Positions 48,168-56,897 of a stretch of DNA of 64,000 nucleotides are shown one piece after another. The notes under the pieces were generated by a model that saw only the letters and a list, made by a program, of their open reading frames with translations, did not search any database and was not told the origin of the DNA. The stretch covers positions 32,001 through 96,000 of the IMG/VR virus record IMGVR_UViG_3300044911_002386; one strand, written 5' to 3'. The position numbers and the translations under genes were made by a program. The stretch comes from a virus. The first letter of the stretch is position 1. Each line of letters opens with the position of its first letter.

Positions 48168-49607
48168 TTACCGAAGACTTAAAGCAAGCCCTTTAAGCAT
48201 GCGCCGCTGACTGTGACAGCCCCAGATCAGCGACAACTTCTTAAGGGAGTCCGGTACCCACCCCGGACAGTCTTCGGGCGTCGATGTGACCACACGATTG
48301 CGCAGGCCGCCGTGGCGACCACTGGCGTTGTGCAGCCAAATCAACCTTGTTACCTGCCGCAATCCCGCCAGTTGTTCGTACATGTCTACCGCGTCATGGT
48401 CGCCGACGGCGATCACTACGCGGAGCTTGTACGAAGACTTGCCCGTAATAATGGTCCGGAACAGCGTCCTTAACGCCGTACCGCGAACATCAACGGGCCT
48501 GCCATTAAACCACGGCATGTACGCATCGACGTGTTCTTCGATGCAGCCGTTGCTATGTGGCAGAACGAGTACGTCGGAGCCGCTAACTCCTGCGTACCCG
48601 GCGGCATTGGCGATGTCACACGCGGCCTGTGCCTGCTTGGCACAAGACGGCGAAACATCAGGAAGGATTAACGTCACCGGTCGCCCGGAAATGACGTCCT
48701 CCTTCAGCGCGTTGGGTAGCGGTCGTTTGACGAGCAACCGCTTAACCAACCTACGACTGTCGTACACAGGAATCGGTCCGACGTTGCCGCCGGTATTTCC
48801 TGTGTTGCCCACGAGCCTGTTAAGCAACTCTGCCATCTGGCTTCGCAGCGCCGCGGGTACAGCCCGCAAGCGACCGTTAGCACTCGACAGGGCGTGCCGA
48901 GACGCCAGCGACGGCCCAGACGCCTCTGCGGCCTGACTAAACGACACAGCCTGGCGTGCCTTTTTAAGGGCTTGTTTGGCTCCGCAACGGCGGTAACCGC
49001 TCGGCTGTCGTTTGGCGTTCTGGGCGGCTTTCTTCGCTTCTGCCAAAGCCTTCGCCTTAGCAGCAGCAAGATTGTCTGCTAACTTCTTTCTTGCCGCCGC
49101 GGCCTGTGCCTCGGCTTCGGCTTGCCGCTGCCGTGCCGCTTCGTCTGCACGCCAGTCTTCGGCTGCTTCGCGGGCCTTAGCCATGTCCTTGGCTGAGGTG
49201 CTGGGCTCGGCCTGAGTCTCAGCATCTGCGTCCTCGTGGCCGTCCGCATCGGCGTCGCTGCCCTCGCCGCTTTCCGGCTTAGGCGGCTGCGGCGGTTGCT
49301 TGGCTGGCTGCTCCTGTTTAATTATGTCTTTAACAGAAGCATTGGGCCCGTACTTGCGGCACAAGCGGTCTACGGCGTGATGCGGGTCCAGGTAGGCATA
49401 CATCGCCCGCGTGCCGCGCGGTGCGAAGTTACTTGCTACGGACATCCAGAGATGCCCGTTGTGTACAGCCCCGACAGCCACAATATTCAAACCAACTAAG
49501 TGGTTTGCCAATTGGGCAATGTCTCGAACACCCTCTGCCACCAAGGTGTTCGGATTCGTCCTCGACTTATGCAGCAAACGCTGCACCTGCCGGATTGTTA
49601 AATCCAT
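48168..49607 (-). CDS. VWA/MIDAS-like partner of the MoxR ATPase
   Basis: AAGGAG RBS before MDLTIR; LILPDVSPSC (DxSxS) and VVIAVGDHD; acidic/Ala-rich linker. Confidence 0.7.
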   Translation of the reverse strand: MDLTIRQVQRLLHKSRTNPNTLVAEGVRDIAQLANHLVGLNIVAVGAVHNGHLWMSVASNFAPRGTRAMYAYLDPHHAVDRLCRKYGPNASVKDIIKQEQPAKQPPQPPKPESGEGSDADADGHEDADAETQAEPSTSAKDMAKAREAAEDWRADEAARQRQAEAEAQAAAARKKLADNLAAAKAKALAEAKKAAQNAKRQPSGYRRCGAKQALKKARQAVSFSQAAEASGPSLASRHALSSANGRLRAVPAALRSQMAELLNRLVGNTGNTGGNVGPIPVYDSRRLVKRLLVKRPLPNALKEDVISGRPVTLILPDVSPSCAKQAQAACDIANAAGYAGVSGSDVLVLPHSNGCIEEHVDAYMPWFNGRPVDVRGTALRTLFRTIITGKSSYKLRVVIAVGDHDAVDMYEQLAGLRQVTRLIWLHNASGRHGGLRNRVVTSTPEDCPGWVPDSLKKLSLIWGCHSQRRMLKGLALSLR

Positions 49608-49631
49608 GCAAACTCCTTGGCGGTAAGGGTA

Positions 49632-49667
49632 AGGGGGCACGATTCCCGCCACAGAATCGTGCCCCCT
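49632..49667. other. perfect 14-bp hairpin between the MoxR and VWA genes
   Basis: AGGGGGCACGATTC-N8-GAATCGTGCCCCCT. Confidence 0.8.
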
Positions 49668-49676
49668 GAACAACCG

Positions 49677-50498
49677 TCACACCCGCTTGATTTCTCCAAG
49701 CAGGGCCGCACCCGGCGTGCGGATTTCCTTAACGATCGCCTCTCGGTCGCGCTTGGCCTTCACCAAGAACGCGTCGATCAGCATCTCAGCCTCGTCAATC
49801 GACGAGACGAGATCTCTGGCCCGCAGAAGTTCACGCAACTCCTGCAGCGAGGGCTTAGACTCGCCTCGCGTGCGGATAGTGTTAGCCATTCGCACGACGA
49901 GCCGGCACGCACCTCCCGGAGCACCCGTTGTCTTGCGGAGAACATCGATCTCGACGTTCTCCGGCAAGAACTCCATCGTCACCCGGAAGCAGCGGCGCTT
50001 AACCGCTTCCGGAATCTCCGCTTCTTCGTTCGCGGTTAGAACTACGAACAAATTGCGAAGAGTCGCCTGATGCATTTTGTGTCGTGCATCGGGCACCCGA
50101 CCGTGCTGAAGAAAGTCCAGCACAAGCGGGTAGAAACGACTGCCAGCCTTTTCCACCTCGTCAAGCACCAGCACGACCTTCTGTTCGTGGCTGGCACGAA
50201 CTGCACGCAGCAGTTGCCCGTCCAAGTAGGCGTCGTCAGCCTGTTGAACGCCGACCGCCACTTGGCCGATGTCGACACCCTGCTGCATCTCCTCAGCCGT
50301 CAACCATGGATGGCACGGCACAAACAGATGCATTGCGTTCATGCTTTTTGCAAAGCACTCGGCAAAGAACGTCTTGCCCGTGCCGGGGTCTCCGACGAGG
50401 AGAACCGCACGGAGCAGGTCCGTGATCGTCGCCAGCCATCGCGCGGCCAGCAGTTCACCCTTGCGGGCGTGGTATCCGGGCAACAGGTTTCCAACCAT
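49677..50498 (-). CDS. MoxR-family AAA+ ATPase
   Basis: Walker A GDPGTGKT, Walker B LVLDEVEKA, sensor TAN, IPEAVKRRC; AAGGAG RBS before MVGNLL. Confidence 0.9.
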   Translation of the reverse strand: MVGNLLPGYHARKGELLAARWLATITDLLRAVLLVGDPGTGKTFFAECFAKSMNAMHLFVPCHPWLTAEEMQQGVDIGQVAVGVQQADDAYLDGQLLRAVRASHEQKVVLVLDEVEKAGSRFYPLVLDFLQHGRVPDARHKMHQATLRNLFVVLTANEEAEIPEAVKRRCFRVTMEFLPENVEIDVLRKTTGAPGGACRLVVRMANTIRTRGESKPSLQELRELLRARDLVSSIDEAEMLIDAFLVKAKRDREAIVKEIRTPGAALLGEIKRV

Positions 50499-50542
50499 GC
50501 ACATCTCCTTCTTAGGGAATGAATAGAACCGGGGATACAAAA

Positions 50543-50571
50543 AATATGCCATTAAATTGCGAATTATTTAG
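50543..50571 (-). promoter_or_regulatory. promoter motif CTAAAT-N15-GGCATATT (copy 2)
   Basis: Exact boxes and spacing; ~45 nt upstream of the MoxR start. Confidence 0.8.
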
Positions 50572-50587
50572 GTGCTCGCCAATAGCT

Positions 50588-50627
50588 AAAAAAAACACTC
50601 CGCGCGGCCGTAGCCAGGCGGAGTGTT
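50588..50627 (-). terminator. intrinsic terminator
   Basis: AACACTCCGC / GCGGAGTGTT stem followed by a long U-tract on minus. Confidence 0.8.
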
Positions 50628-50714
50628 AAACTCGAAAGTTTTAAACAACACACCCTAGGGATGATCGCCCACGGCACCGCAAATGCGGCAGCAGCGCTAA
50701 CTGCCGCATAGGCG

Positions 50715-51263
50715 TCAGTTTGCCGACGGGTTCCATTTCTGGTTCAGCGGCGTTGCAGTGCCGCTGATGGGCTTTGCCTGCGGCGGCGTGGCAGCCCCGG
50801 CTTCTTCCGCCAGCAGTCTCGGAAGATGCGCGTCGTAGAGCGTCTCCACGATGTGCTCCATATCGGTGTGTTCCAGTGCGCACATCGACATAGCCTCAAG
50901 CACGCTCATCACCGCGGCCAACTTGTGGGCCGCCTCCATCGCTTTCTCCGCAAGTTCCTCCGGCGCGATCCGGCTCTCCGGCGGAACGTTATCCGGGTCC
51001 CCAATGCGGACGAGCACCCGGCCCGCCTGATTGAGAGCCTGCTGCACGCTGTGGATGGTCATCGTGACCAGCAGCGTGGTGCTCACCCCCAAGGCCGCCT
51101 TCATGGCGTCTTTGACATCTTTGTCGTGCAACGAGTCGCCGACATTTTTCCGTATCTCGTTGATATCGTCGAGCGGCGTCTTCTTGCCACTCTCTTGTTG
51201 CTCGGCGAACATCTTCTTCATCCCCCGCAGAAAAAACTGCGTGATGTCATTCACTGCCTTCAC
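50715..51263 (-). CDS. hypothetical helical protein
   Basis: GGAG RBS and GTG start; flanked by its own promoter motif and terminator. Confidence 0.65.
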   Translation of the reverse strand: MKAVNDITQFFLRGMKKMFAEQQESGKKTPLDDINEIRKNVGDSLHDKDVKDAMKAALGVSTTLLVTMTIHSVQQALNQAGRVLVRIGDPDNVPPESRIAPEELAEKAMEAAHKLAAVMSVLEAMSMCALEHTDMEHIVETLYDAHLPRLLAEEAGAATPPQAKPISGTATPLNQKWNPSAN

Positions 51264-51358
51264 AGGTAGTCTCCACTTCTGTGAGCACACAAAAACCCAA
51301 AAACGCAAATGTGCGTGCCAACACAATTGCGTCTGACATGTAGCCCTGGGCTACAAAG

Positions 51359-51387
51359 AATATGCCAGAAATTGGGCACGTATTTAG
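51359..51387 (-). promoter_or_regulatory. promoter motif CTAAAT-N15-GGCATATT (copy 3)
   Basis: Exact boxes and spacing; shares upstream CAC with copy 2. Confidence 0.8.
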
Positions 51388-51549
51388 GTGTTACAGAACC
51401 TATGCCAAAAAGATTTTGGACCGCGATTCTGTAACATGTCCACGGTTCGCGAACTGCGGACAAGCGACATATTCCAAATTCGCGAATTGCGAAAGTGCTA
51501 GGAAACAAAGCACTTACGTCAAATTTTCCAGTTTCCAGAATGAGATAGT

Positions 51550-52557
51550 TTAATAACGAATACGGATGGCGTCGGTGTAGGCGCTGTACTTATACGACGA
51601 CGTTACTTCACCGTAGCAACTCTCTAAGTTAATGCTGGCTTTCGTAGCTCGCACCCATTCTCGATACGCCTGCCACCTGGCCTGGCCGGCACGTTCGTAG
51701 GCTGCTTCTTTATTCTGGTCGTCTACCTGCAGCCCGCCAGCAGAATACGACAACTGATTACGCCTATACTGCTCCGCCACCATAAAAAACAGATTCGCAC
51801 AAATACCTTCAAGCCAGTGATAGCGGAACGGGAAATTTTGTGTGTTGTATGTCGTGTCGAGCGGCGGCGGGATTTCGTTCCAGTATTGCACAGGGCGCAC
51901 AATTGCCAATGCGATTTCTGCGTCGTCAAACATCAGATTATCCAGCAAGAAACTTTCGCCGGGGCTTGAGTCGCGAAGGTGCAGTCGAATCTCTGCAACG
52001 CTCGGGGGCCCGCCCACACGACCGGCTTCTTCGAATGTGCTGCGATTAATAACGACATAAAACAAGTTTGAAAACACAACGCACGGCTGGGCTGCATTCT
52101 CTGCTGCTACGTCAAGCAAAGCCATCTCGGCGTAGTAGATGCCGGGCAAACCAACCATTTGCTTTGTCAACGCTGCCCGGACAATGCCGTGCTCTGCGTC
52201 GTGCACTGTTGCTGTCACCTGCGTGACCGGATTCGTATTACCGAGGGCTAGCTGTTCTTTTAAACGCAACACAACTGTAAAAGATAACGGCGCTGTCACG
52301 CCGCCAAAGCCACACGGCCGTAAATCTACCGGCACGCCATCCTTGTTAATCATCTGCCATTCGACAGTTGAGCACTGGCCTTGTGTAACCGATATAGCCC
52401 GCATCTTTGACAACAATTGCTGCCCGTTCTGCGAAGTTACCGGGGCCTGCAACTTGTTCTGTATTGCACAAGATACGGGATTTAAAACTTGCGGCGTATT
52501 GGCGTTGTCGCAGCACTGAACTAACGGATGCGACGTCGGCGTTGCAATTACTACCAT
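51550..52557 (-). CDS. head-tail adaptor/neck protein with an N-terminal Ig/BppU-like domain
   Basis: IRLHLRD...FDDAEIALA....WNEIPP...RNQLSYSAGG motif; downstream of the capsid genes. Confidence 0.7.
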   Translation of the reverse strand: MVVIATPTSHPLVQCCDNANTPQVLNPVSCAIQNKLQAPVTSQNGQQLLSKMRAISVTQGQCSTVEWQMINKDGVPVDLRPCGFGGVTAPLSFTVVLRLKEQLALGNTNPVTQVTATVHDAEHGIVRAALTKQMVGLPGIYYAEMALLDVAAENAAQPCVVFSNLFYVVINRSTFEEAGRVGGPPSVAEIRLHLRDSSPGESFLLDNLMFDDAEIALAIVRPVQYWNEIPPPLDTTYNTQNFPFRYHWLEGICANLFFMVAEQYRRNQLSYSAGGLQVDDQNKEAAYERAGQARWQAYREWVRATKASINLESCYGEVTSSYKYSAYTDAIRIRY

Positions 52558-52592
52558 AAATCACTCCGTGTATAGTTCTAGTGTACAAACAG

Positions 52593-52624
52593 CAAGGGCT
52601 GGCCGCTTAAGCAGCCAGCCCTTG
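52593..52624 (-). terminator. probable terminator after the capsid cluster
   Basis: CAAGGGCTGGC / GCCAGCCCTTG inverted repeat. Confidence 0.6.
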
Positions 52625-52650
52625 TAAAAATTCAAACCGATTTTTTTTAA

Positions 52651-52971
52651 TCAAGTCCACCCCGTCGGCGTCACTGTGCCGAGCGTGTTGTTATTGATCC
52701 GCAACTGATCAACGCTATTGTCGGTCGCGTCGAGCATGTAAACAGCGGGCGAACTTAAAATATCGATCTTGTTTGTCTCAAGGGCCTTTTCAAGAGCCTT
52801 GAATTGTCGCTGACTGCCCCTGCCGCCGTTACCAAGCTTAGCTACGAGGTCGCCCGCAACCGTGTAGGTTGCGTCCGCTTCAAGCCGCTTGCCGTGGGCG
52901 CCAAGGAAACCGAACACGCGGGCGGCGCCCGATGTGTTCTTAACTGTCGTGTATAAACCGGGTACTGGCAT
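52651..52971 (-). CDS. small virion-associated protein
   Basis: GGAG RBS; in the capsid operon. Confidence 0.6.
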   Translation of the reverse strand: MPVPGLYTTVKNTSGAARVFGFLGAHGKRLEADATYTVAGDLVAKLGNGGRGSQRQFKALEKALETNKIDILSSPAVYMLDATDNSVDQLRINNNTLGTVTPTGWT

Positions 52972-52989
52972 TGTTAATTACTCCATTCT

Positions 52990-53376
52990 TCAGGATGCGT
53001 TCTGCATAGCAGCGGAAGCCGCGGCTTGCAGCGTCAGAACAGCATTGGCAATCGCCGGCTGCTCTGCCGCCACGTCAGCGGCCCCCTTGAAAGCGGCCAC
53101 TTTCTCAACCGGGCCAGAAAGGCCCGCCGCGGCGAGGACGGCGTCGAGTCGCTGGTTAGCAGCCGACAGTCCCGAAACCTGCGCCGCAGCGGCCTTTTCT
53201 TGTTCCGCCGTGTAGAGCACATGTAACTTGTTCGCAATCGACCACATTTCAGAGGCCTCCTGCTCCGACCGCGGGGCAACCCCGTGGGCGGCAAGTTTCT
53301 CGAAGAAATACGGCGCAGCAAGTTCAGCCACAATCGTGGCATAAGCCTGCTCAGCCGCTTGTTTAATCTGATCCAT
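52990..53376 (-). CDS. head-associated protein with K-x-A motifs
   Basis: AAGGAG RBS before MDQIKQAA; FEKLAA, EKAAA, EKVAA. Confidence 0.65.
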   Translation of the reverse strand: MDQIKQAAEQAYATIVAELAAPYFFEKLAAHGVAPRSEQEASEMWSIANKLHVLYTAEQEKAAAAQVSGLSAANQRLDAVLAAAGLSGPVEKVAAFKGAADVAAEQPAIANAVLTLQAAASAAMQNAS

Positions 53377-53408
53377 CTCTGTGCTCCTTTGGTTAGTTTT
53401 TACACGAC

Positions 53409-54335
53409 TCACTTGAAGTCAACACGGGCCAGACCGTTCGTATGACCGAACGAACCACCCTGCGTGTTGTAGGCAAAGTACTCAAGCATGTAAGCCTCAC
53501 GACGGATGTACATCGTGGTGGGTTCCAGCTCGTAGTTCTTGCCGATAAACTTCGGCGAAGCGAACATGAACAGCGAATCGTCCGGAACGAGGTCGCGCTT
53601 GATCGTGACGATCCAGCGGCAGTTCAGGAAGTTGGTTTCAGCCCAGCCATTCTTGATGATGTCCTGGCTGAAATCGCCACCCATTTCGTCGCGGCCGAAC
53701 TTGAGAAGTTCCTTGATCGTGATGTTATTCACGAGGCAGGTCTCAACTTCAAAGTGCGACGGCGTACGGGGCATAACCTTGAGGGCGTCAACCAGCGTTT
53801 CGCGGGTGATGCCACCAGAGATTTCCTCGTACTGAACCGTTTCCGACATCGTGACTTCGGTGCCAGGCGTCGGGAGTACGGCCTTGAAAGCGGCAATAAA
53901 CTTCGAGTCTTCCTCGGCGAGCATGTCCTTGATCATGTTGTCGCTGAGCACCTGACGGATGTCGATGACATACGTACGGAGTTCGTCGACGTCCTTCACA
54001 GCACGGGGCGACACGATCCGGTCAAACATGACGCGGTAGCGCGGGCCACGGATGTAAAAGTTGATCGGGAGTGTCGCAAACGGAAGCGACACAGCCGCCG
54101 GGGAATCGGGCTCCTTGTCCACAACCTTGACGGGCTTGTCAGTGTCAACCTGACGGTCGAGCTCGTCGTTGGTGATGGTCAGCGGCGGCATAATCCGCCG
54201 GTAGAACCCGTCTTCACGCATCTTGGTGCGCGTGAAGTCGTTAACAGCATCAATGGCCTGCTTCTGCATGCCGGGGGTATCAAGCTGTTCAAACAGCGTC
54301 TCGTTGAGCAGTTGAACTTCTTGCTGAGTGGGCAT
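53409..54335 (-). CDS. major capsid protein (HK97 fold)
   Basis: 308 aa, GGAGG RBS, strong codon bias; follows protease, scaffold and decoration genes; FASPKFIGK...GLARVDF terminus. Confidence 0.85.
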   Translation of the reverse strand: MPTQQEVQLLNETLFEQLDTPGMQKQAIDAVNDFTRTKMREDGFYRRIMPPLTITNDELDRQVDTDKPVKVVDKEPDSPAAVSLPFATLPINFYIRGPRYRVMFDRIVSPRAVKDVDELRTYVIDIRQVLSDNMIKDMLAEEDSKFIAAFKAVLPTPGTEVTMSETVQYEEISGGITRETLVDALKVMPRTPSHFEVETCLVNNITIKELLKFGRDEMGGDFSQDIIKNGWAETNFLNCRWIVTIKRDLVPDDSLFMFASPKFIGKNYELEPTTMYIRREAYMLEYFAYNTQGGSFGHTNGLARVDFK

Positions 54336-54356
54336 CGTTTGGAACCTCCATGTTCC

Positions 54357-54391
54357 TTAGTTAGTTAGTTAATTAGTTAGTTAAGGGTTAG
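54357..54391. repeat. TTAG/CTAA tetranucleotide run in the capsid gene leader
   Basis: TTAGTTAGTTAGTTAATTAGTTAGTTAAGGGTTAG. Confidence 0.8.
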
Positions 54392-54392
54392 A

Positions 54393-54959
54393 TCACGGAT
54401 CGATCGTCGCCGCGGTACCAGCCGGCAGCCAGACGCACCAGAACGAGAGCGACTGCACGTTGTTATGGTTCTTCTTCTTACCGCTCGACACTACGCCGCA
54501 AACCGGGTTCACGTACTGAACCACGGACGCATTTGTAAGCACACCGCCTGTGGCGGCATTGGAGTTGCTGGCAGTCGCCGTGAGGAGATCGCCAGGAACG
54601 TAAGTTCGCGACGAATCAAACTCAGTCGACGAGATCTCGTAGCCACCAGTAGCCACCAGGCCCGACAACTTGCCCGTCGGCGAAATCGCCTTGTGCATGA
54701 AGTTGTTCGCAGCCGTCTGGCCGGGGTTGCTTACGTCAGCGTCTTCCGAACCGTTTAACAGGAAAATAGAAACACCAGTAGCGTGGCAGCCGGGACGGAA
54801 GTTACCGTCGGCATCGACGTGCACAACGCGACCACGCGGTACGGCAAACGTAACCACGTTAGAAGCAGCGAGCTTGGCGTCGTAATCGAGCGACGCCATA
54901 TCGAACCAGCCCTTCTTTACGTCAAGGCCGTGTTCAAACATCAGATCGGGAGCAGGCAT
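54393..54959 (-). CDS. capsid decoration/cement protein
   Basis: Directly upstream of the capsid gene; beta-rich; EISSTEFD...YVPGDLLT motif. Confidence 0.65.
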   Translation of the reverse strand: MPAPDLMFEHGLDVKKGWFDMASLDYDAKLAASNVVTFAVPRGRVVHVDADGNFRPGCHATGVSIFLLNGSEDADVSNPGQTAANNFMHKAISPTGKLSGLVATGGYEISSTEFDSSRTYVPGDLLTATASNSNAATGGVLTNASVVQYVNPVCGVVSSGKKKNHNNVQSLSFWCVWLPAGTAATIDP

Positions 54960-55020
54960 TGTTAGACCTCCATGTCTTTGTCAATTTGGGACGTTGTATC
55001 CCGGGGTTTCGTTATCGAGC

Positions 55021-55446
55021 TCAGGCTGTGGGCGGATTCAAACCAAGGCCCGTGAACAACTTCACGTCAGAAGCCTTGAGGCGACCATCGCGGGCACCCA
55101 CATACCCGCTCGTCAGGCTGCCCGCAGGGTCATAACCGGCAGTCTTTGTAGCGACCGGCGTGCCGAGACGGGCCAACTCAGCGGCGTTTTTATGCGTCGC
55201 TAACTTGATGACCAGTTCCATTGTGCGAGCCGGGTCACTTAAGGCGGCGGCAAGCGCTTCCTTCTGGTGCGGCTCGATGCGCTCGTTGTCCACGCAAGCC
55301 TGAACGGCTTCGGGAATAAGACGGGCGACCTTTTCAGTTTGCTCGTCCCGCTCCTGCAGTACCGCAGCAGCCTTCGTCATCGCCGCATCGGAGTAACCGA
55401 TGTAGTCGATGATGTTTTGAACAAGCGCGTTATTGTTTTTCGACAT
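55021..55446 (-). CDS. head assembly protein (scaffold-associated)
   Basis: GGAGG RBS; TKAAA, EKVAR, IKLAT, TKTAG. Confidence 0.6.
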   Translation of the reverse strand: MSKNNNALVQNIIDYIGYSDAAMTKAAAVLQERDEQTEKVARLIPEAVQACVDNERIEPHQKEALAAALSDPARTMELVIKLATHKNAAELARLGTPVATKTAGYDPAGSLTSGYVGARDGRLKASDVKLFTGLGLNPPTA

Positions 55447-55465
55447 TAGAAAACCTCCGTGTATA

Positions 55466-56854
55466 TCAACGGTTTACGAGTTCGATGACGTGCTGCTTCA
55501 TGATGTCCCGAAGTTGCCGAGACCGCTTGGTGCGGGCCTCTTTGACCTGGAACTTACCAGCACGTTTAAAATTCATTACAGCAGCACCAATGGACCGCAG
55601 TTCGCTGGCTCGCTTGGCAGCGGCCATCTTGGGTGCCATGCCAGCGGCTTCCGGCGGCATACCAGCGGCTTCCGGCGGCATACCAGCGGCTTCCGGCGGC
55701 ATTCCGCCTGCAGCACCACCGCCCTCGCCGCCAGCAATGGCCTCAAGCAGCGCTTCCGGCGGAATGCCGAGTTCTTCCAGCGCCATAGCCAGTTCTTGTA
55801 CAGCCTCGTCTTCCGAAGGGCCAGCACCTTCCATGCCGGCGCCTTCCATGCCAGCACCACCAGCCGCAGCCGGATCGCCACCCTCAGCACCGAGCATTTC
55901 TTCCAGGCCGGCCGGAGCCGCACCGGAACCAACGTCAGCCGGGGCACTGTGATCCTCACCTTCCGACGCTTCCTCTGTCGGGTCCGCGGCGGCCTGCTTT
56001 GAACTTAAAAAACCCATGAACAGGTCGGCCATTTCGTCAGCCTCGCGGAGAGTGTTCGCGCACACCTCGCGCACCGAAGCCTCGGCCGCGGCTTTGTCCA
56101 TCCCAAAGTGTGCGGCTAACTCATAGCCCGCCTTAAACGCAGCCGCTTTCTCGTCGCCAGCGTCGGACTTTTCTTCCTTCTCATCACCGGCGTCGGACTT
56201 CTCGTCGCTGTCTTCGCTGCCGGCTTCGGAACCGGCTTCGGCCTTGCCGCTGCGGAGCGCAGCGAGATCCGAGCCGTCGATCTTGCCGTTGTCATTAACG
56301 TCTAACTTTTTTTGGCCGCCTATTAGGTGGTCGTCAGACTTCTTTGTTAACTTGTCCGTGCCAAAGTTGATAAGGTTCGCGAGGATGTCGTTGCCGAGGT
56401 TACCGCAGTGATTGCGTGCTTCCTTGAACGAGGCCGACGAGTACTTCTCGCCGTCGTTGGTCTTGGCGGGATGCGATGTGCCCGGGTCATCCTTCGTGCC
56501 CTTGAAATCCTTTTCGGCAGCGGGATCTTCGCCGGTCGACTTGGCATTTGTATTGATGTTTAACTGCACTTCGTTCTGCCGACCCTCTTGCGACATTTCC
56601 GGAGTGTTGTCTACAGCTAACGCACCCTGCTGCTTCTTGATGTCGGTCTCGTACTCGGAAGCACGCGCACCGGTGTCAGCATTCTGCACACTGTTATCAA
56701 CGCTGGTCGTCGGGTGCGAAGAGGCGCCCTGATAGCCGCCCGGATCAGAAGGCGTGGGGCCAGCTACTTTTTCAGCAGCGGCTTTTGTGCTCTGCGAAAT
56801 TTCGTCAGCAAGAGCATTGAGTTGAGCGAAAAGGGAACGTTGCATCCGTGCCAT
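55466..56854 (-). CDS. scaffold/internal head protein, low complexity
   Basis: Acidic Ala/Gly-rich; many K-x-A motifs; EF-hand/dockerin-like DVNDNGKIDGSDL; AGGAG RBS. Confidence 0.65.
   Translation of the reverse strand: MARMQRSLFAQLNALADEISQSTKAAAEKVAGPTPSDPGGYQGASSHPTTSVDNSVQNADTGARASEYETDIKKQQGALAVDNTPEMSQEGRQNEVQLNINTNAKSTGEDPAAEKDFKGTKDDPGTSHPAKTNDGEKYSSASFKEARNHCGNLGNDILANLINFGTDKLTKKSDDHLIGGQKKLDVNDNGKIDGSDLAALRSGKAEAGSEAGSEDSDEKSDAGDEKEEKSDAGDEKAAAFKAGYELAAHFGMDKAAAEASVREVCANTLREADEMADLFMGFLSSKQAAADPTEEASEGEDHSAPADVGSGAAPAGLEEMLGAEGGDPAAAGGAGMEGAGMEGAGPSEDEAVQELAMALEELGIPPEALLEAIAGGEGGGAAGGMPPEAAGMPPEAAGMPPEAAGMAPKMAAAKRASELRSIGAAVMNFKRAGKFQVKEARTKRSRQLRDIMKQHVIELVNR
55640..55702 (-). 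repeat. 21-bp tandem repeat x3 (MPPEAAG)
   Basis: CCAGCGGCTTCCGGCGGCAT units at 21-nt period. Confidence 0.85.
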
Positions 56855-56897
56855 TGTTATCTCCTTTGGGGCCTAATCGTTGTGCGATTAGTTTCCG

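Noticed and set aside
50499-50552. Annotated MoxR start at 50552
   Set aside because: Overlaps the promoter -10 box; the AAGGAG RBS supports the start at 50498.
53442-54368. 308-aa plus-strand ORF opposite the capsid gene
   Set aside because: Antisense shadow caused by strong codon bias; no motifs or RBS.
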